The notes under the pieces: model-generated | Seen by the model: only the letters and a program-made list of their open reading frames with translations | Databases searched by the model: none | Told to the model about the DNA's origin: nothing | Made by a program: the position numbers and the translations under genes | Part shown: positions 60,059 through 64,000 of the stretch, one piece after another | Layout: every line of letters begins with the position of its first letter | Numbering within the stretch: position 1 is the stretch's first letter | Origin: Acidobacteriota bacterium | GTDB taxonomy: Bacteria; Acidobacteriota; UBA6911; RPQK01; JAJDTT01 | Length of the DNA stretch: 64,000 nucleotides | Direction of reading: 5' to 3' | Assembly (NCBI GenBank): GCA_965263035.1 | Contig: OZ253580.1 | Coordinates: forward strand, 4,192,001-4,256,000

Positions 60059-62143
60059 CTACATCGTTGATGTCATGAGACTTAACTGTGACGCGTTGGT
60101 ACCTCGCGGAACTCTTCTGCCGCTTCGAATGGCCTCGGCGGCTCGTTGGACTGCTTCAGATCCCAAGTCCGAGTGCCGAATCTGCCAGGGGGCCGTGGCC
60201 ACCACCTGCCGTGCTGGCAGGAGTTTGCGGGCAACCAGCTTGCGTACGGAACTGGGGCTGATTCCCAGTTGCGAAGCCGCTTCTTGCATGTTGCAGAATT
60301 CGTGAGGGCGTTGCGAGAAGGCTGGGATGCGCCGATAGTTGCGCAAGCTGCGAACACGAGTCTTGTTCCAGCTGTGCCCTCGTCCCGTCTTCTTGCCCAT
60401 TCGGTTCAGGATCCGGGCAATCTGATCGTCACTCACCTGCCGGGCCAACTGGCGAACCAACTTCACCACGTCCTCCTCGGTGCGGTAGCGATGGCGACCG
60501 GTGGCGTTCTTTCGTACCTGCAGCCGCGTGTGTTTGCCCCCGCGCCAGCGGATGATCAACTCCACCTCCCGCCTACCCTGATCCACGCTCGCAATGATCT
60601 CTTCAATCAACGTGCGTGCGATCCGCTTCTTGATCCGATTGTCGGTGACGGCATCGGACCAGAGCGCTGGAAACCGCTCGGCTAGCCGGAGCAGTTCCAC
60701 TCGCTGCGGTCCCGGCGAACTCGACCGCTTCTGCCCGATCTGCTCCAGACGGGACTGCACTTGGCGCACACTGTTCAGGGCTTCGTTCCACTTCCGCTCC
60801 AGCGTCGAGGCTACCAGCCGGTTCTCCGGGTCGACTGCATCGTACTGTCGCTCAGCCCGTCTTGCCTGGTAGCGCAACTGCTCGAGTTCGCGCTCCAGGA
60901 GTTCTCGTTTCAACTGGTCTCGCTCGGTGGCTTCCTCTTGCACTCGCAGAGCCGCCTCGATCGCGCCTGGGGAAACCACTCGCACGATCTCGCGCCCCAC
61001 GGCTTGGTCGACCCTGCGTCCGCCAAACGAGATGCAACCCGCGACGCCGTGGTTGATCCGCGCCCCTCGGCAATGGTAGCGGGGGACTCGTCCCCCAACT
61101 CCACTGTAGGCCACGTGCAGCCGGCGACCGCAGTGCCCACACAGCAGCAGACCCGCCAGCAAACTCTTTCCCGAACGAACGGCTCCCTTCGCCATTTTGC
61201 CTCGCATCTGTGCGTTGTCGGCCAAGAGGCGTTGATTCGCTTCAAAGCTCGTCCAGTCGATGTAGCCCGGGTGATGCTCCTTGAGCCAGACCGTCCACTG
61301 TTCCGGGTGGGCCCGGGACCGAATCCGTTTGCGAGCTTGACCGTCCTTCAAGTAGGTCTCGGTCCAGGTGCGCCCCCAAGCATAGGCCCCCGCGTACAGG
61401 GGGTTCTTCAAGACCCTCAGCACGCTGCTGTAGACGGGCCGCTTCCACACCGTCTCCCAACCCCAAGCGGTGTGTCGTCTCACGGGCAACCGGATCCCTT
61501 CCTGCCGATACCACAGAAGAGTCTGCCGGGCACTGCCCGTCTCGGAGAATTTAGCAAACACCCCCTGAATGCTTTCCTGCACCCGGCGGTCCGGATCCTT
61601 CTCCAAACATCCGTTCGGGTTCAGAACGAACCCCACTGGCAATGAGGTGTACAGTTCTCCGCGAGCCGCTTTGCTGAGCAGTCCCTGTTGGGCACGCTGC
61701 CGGAGCAGGCTCAACTCTGCCTCGCTCATCGTTCCCTTCAACCCGAGAAGCAGTCGGTCGTTGCTGAGACGCGGATCGTACACGGCCTCGCTGTCGACGA
61801 TCAGGGTCCGCGTCAGCGAGCACAGGTCCAGCAATCGGTACCAGTCGGCATTGTTGCGAGCCAGTCGAGAGGCATCCAGACTGAAGATGGCCCCGCACCG
61901 TCCCAGGCTGACCTCGGCGGACAAGCGTTGAAAGCCCACCCGATCGACCGTAGTGGCCCCCGAACGCCCCTGATCCTCGTCGATCACCTCGACTTGGTTC
62001 CATCCGAGTTCTTCGGCTTTGGCCGCCAGCCGGTATTGCACCCGGCCACTCTCCTGGTGGTAACGAACCTGCCGCAGGCTCGACTGGCGCACGTAGACGT
62101 AGGCTTGGCGTCTCAGGTGATCCTCAGTGATCTTTCCTCTCAT
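60059..62143 (-). CDS. Large serine recombinase (resolvase, recombinase, zinc ribbon, coiled coil, C-terminal HTH)
   Basis: AYVYVRQSS catalytic motif, DEDQGRSG, ASRLARN, LKNPLYAGAY, LLCGHCGRRL, AVDPENRLVA, C-terminal MQEAASQLGIS HTH. Confidence 0.93.
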   Translation of the reverse strand: MRGKITEDHLRRQAYVYVRQSSLRQVRYHQESGRVQYRLAAKAEELGWNQVEVIDEDQGRSGATTVDRVGFQRLSAEVSLGRCGAIFSLDASRLARNNADWYRLLDLCSLTRTLIVDSEAVYDPRLSNDRLLLGLKGTMSEAELSLLRQRAQQGLLSKAARGELYTSLPVGFVLNPNGCLEKDPDRRVQESIQGVFAKFSETGSARQTLLWYRQEGIRLPVRRHTAWGWETVWKRPVYSSVLRVLKNPLYAGAYAWGRTWTETYLKDGQARKRIRSRAHPEQWTVWLKEHHPGYIDWTSFEANQRLLADNAQMRGKMAKGAVRSGKSLLAGLLLCGHCGRRLHVAYSGVGGRVPRYHCRGARINHGVAGCISFGGRRVDQAVGREIVRVVSPGAIEAALRVQEEATERDQLKRELLERELEQLRYQARRAERQYDAVDPENRLVASTLERKWNEALNSVRQVQSRLEQIGQKRSSSPGPQRVELLRLAERFPALWSDAVTDNRIKKRIARTLIEEIIASVDQGRREVELIIRWRGGKHTRLQVRKNATGRHRYRTEEDVVKLVRQLARQVSDDQIARILNRMGKKTGRGHSWNKTRVRSLRNYRRIPAFSQRPHEFCNMQEAASQLGISPSSVRKLVARKLLPARQVVATAPWQIRHSDLGSEAVQRAAEAIRSGRRVPRGTNASQLSLMTSTM

Positions 62144-62282
62144 CGGCGTCCTCCTTTTGCCCTCGCCAAGCCTGCTCCAGCAGCTGAGCCATCAGCCGCA
62201 GCAGTTGCTTCCTGGTCGAAGGGGGTAGCTGGTCCCACTCGGGCTGGTTGGGGGTTGCAAACGCGAACTCCTTTTGCTTCAT
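62124..62282 (-). CDS. 52-aa small helical protein upstream of the recombinase (not in ORF track)
   Basis: GGAGG RBS; MKQKEFAFATPNQPEWDQLPPSTRKQLLRLMAQLLEQAWRGQKEDADERKDH; overlaps the recombinase start. Confidence 0.6.
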   Translation of the reverse strand: MKQKEFAFATPNQPEWDQLPPSTRKQLLRLMAQLLEQAWRGQKEDADERKDH

Positions 62283-62608
62283 GCCGTCCTCCGGGGGCAA
62301 CGTTGCCCCGGGTGGTCTGACAATCCGACTTCGACCCGAACGTCTCGATCAGGTCCAGAAGTTCTTGCAAGGCGCCGACGCTGCATCGCGGCTGGTCGTC
62401 GACCCGACCCACTGCCGCAGCTTCGGGCCGGCACATCCAGCGTGGGATCTTCGCGTGAGTACTGTCCGGTAGCCGGCAGGTGAACCACTCCCCACACTGG
62501 CCGTGACGAGGAGGCTCGGCCAGTTCAAGGTCTCGTCCGGCTAAGGGGTGAAAGGGGTAATGGATTCTAACGGAGGTCGCAATGTGAGCATTGTGTCGTG
62601 GGTTCGCC
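62140..62608 (-). CDS. Y4bD/DUF5372-like accessory ORF lacking its start in the integrated state
   Basis: Frame open to the element boundary: ANPRHNAHIATSVRIHYPFHPLAGRDLEL...IPRWMC; no ATG/GTG/TTG upstream of the YPFHPL motif inside this end. Confidence 0.7.
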
Positions 62609-64000
62609 TGGCACCGGGAAGAGCCACACCATCGCCAACCTCATGTGCCACCTCCTCGCCATGGGGAAGCGAGTACTGATCACGGCGGAAACGGGACGTG
62701 CCCTCCAGGTTCTCAAGCGCAAGCTCCCGAATGAAATCCAGCCCCTGTGCGTCAGCCTGCTTGGGCACGGTGGCGACTCTTTCGCGGAGGTCAACACCGC
62801 AGTGCGTGGCATCACAAACCGGCAAGCCTCATACGCGCCGGGCGCATATGATGGCAGGATCGCGGAGATTGATCGTGAGCTTGACAAGGCCCGAAGGCGT
62901 CTCGCGGGGATCGACTCGGAGATCCGAAGTCTGCGCGAAGGCGAGACGCTGTCACATTCGCTGCTCGATGGCACATACGAAGGCACGGCCTCAGAGATCG
63001 GATCCAGGGTCGCCGACGAACGCAAGATGTTTGGGTGGTTCCGGTTGGCGCGGAATGCGAAAAATCATCCGACGATCTCCAATGCTGAGGTAGCCAGATG
63101 GCTGGAGATTCGCAGGCAGTACTCGGACGAGGAGGTCGCGGCCTCGGAACTCCAGATCCCGAGCACTGCCACTCTTACTGCTCCGGCAGATTTCGCGGGG
63201 ATCGTCTCGAAGGAGGCTACAGCACGAGGGCGCAGCAGCGAACAAGTGGACTCGCTCCGACAGCACCCAACTTTTTCGCCGATTCGTGCTTTACCGGCCC
63301 ACGAGCGAAACCATCTAGCCGACGATCTCAGGAACATTGAGGGGCAACGACGTGCTCTCCTAGGAAGACAAGCCAAGTGGTTGCTCACGGCGCTCGAACA
63401 GGTGGTCTTGGGTCATGACGCGAAGTGGCGTACGCTGCTCAATCTGAGCGAGGAGCGCATCGAGCAGATTGAGCCGCTGGTGCGTAGTCTCGGCAATCGA
63501 GTCGTGACTCGCCCTGAGGGGCTCGACCCGCGAACAGTACGCTCGGATGCGGAAGCCGTGGCCAAGCATCTCCAGGCCGGTGGCAAGTGGAAGTTGCTTG
63601 GATTGGTCACGCCAAAGGTACTCAAGGGACGAACCTATCTCAATAAAGATGTTCTGATCGACGGACAGCCCGCCGATGATGTGCAGAAGCTGCGCTTGGT
63701 GCGCGACGAACTCGACCTCGAGTTTGCGCTTTCTGATCTTGTGGGCCTTTGGAAGGGCGTAGGAGTTACTGGTATCTCGGTCGACCGGAGATTCTGCCTC
63801 GCCGATCTGCAACCACACGTGTTAGCCCTGCAGGGTGTACTCGAATATGGGGACGTCTGCACCCAAGCTGCCGAGAGCATGTCCCGCAAGTCCCCTCCGG
63901 TCCCGACGCCCAACTGGATCGATGGGGAAGCGATGCGGTGGGTTGATCTCGTCGTCGGTGCGGGCCTCGACGAGGCGCTGGACGAGGCAGAAGCACAAGT
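62607..64000 (+). pseudogene. SF1 helicase, 3' continuation (runs off window)
   Basis: PGTGKSHTIANLMCHLLAMGKRVLITAETGRALQVLKRKLP..., in frame with 58814-60030 once the element is removed. Confidence 0.85.

Larger units (their letters stand above)
60031..62608 (-). mobile_element. Large-serine-recombinase integrative element (2,578 bp) with CC core
   Basis: CC at 60029-60030 and 62607-62608; removal restores GGTCCACCTGGCACCGGGAAGAGC (GPPGTGKS); element ends are imperfect inverted repeats. Confidence 0.92.

Overview
GC-rich bacterial window. Gene content suggests an Acidobacteriota/Planctomycetota-like heterotroph, possibly host-associated: an acidobacterial-type TonB receptor, a DUF1549/DUF1553-DUF1501 pair, BNR and propeller glycosidases, three enolase-superfamily dehydratases and a plant-type LRR/metzincin surface protein. 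It also carries ilvD, hldC/hldD, two vapBC modules, a dead AbrB antitoxin, an IS1182 element, three copies of a 159-bp MITE, a 418-bp fold-back element and tandem Helicase_C_3-like paralogs. Two systems stand out. (1) A 2.6-kb large-serine-recombinase element (60031-62608) sits at a CC dinucleotide inside the Walker A motif of an SF1 helicase. Its Y4bD/DUF5372-like accessory gene is split across the two ends, with the RBS and ATG at the opposite end from the coding body, so the 160-aa gene exists only in the excised circle. Precise excision would also restore the helicase. (2) Two near-identical 630-nt RT-less group IIC introns are inserted at the same nucleotide of a REP-like palindrome, with a matching putative EBS1 (GAGC/GCTC) and an unoccupied target elsewhere in the window. 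All family assignments come from reading motifs by eye; no database searches were run.
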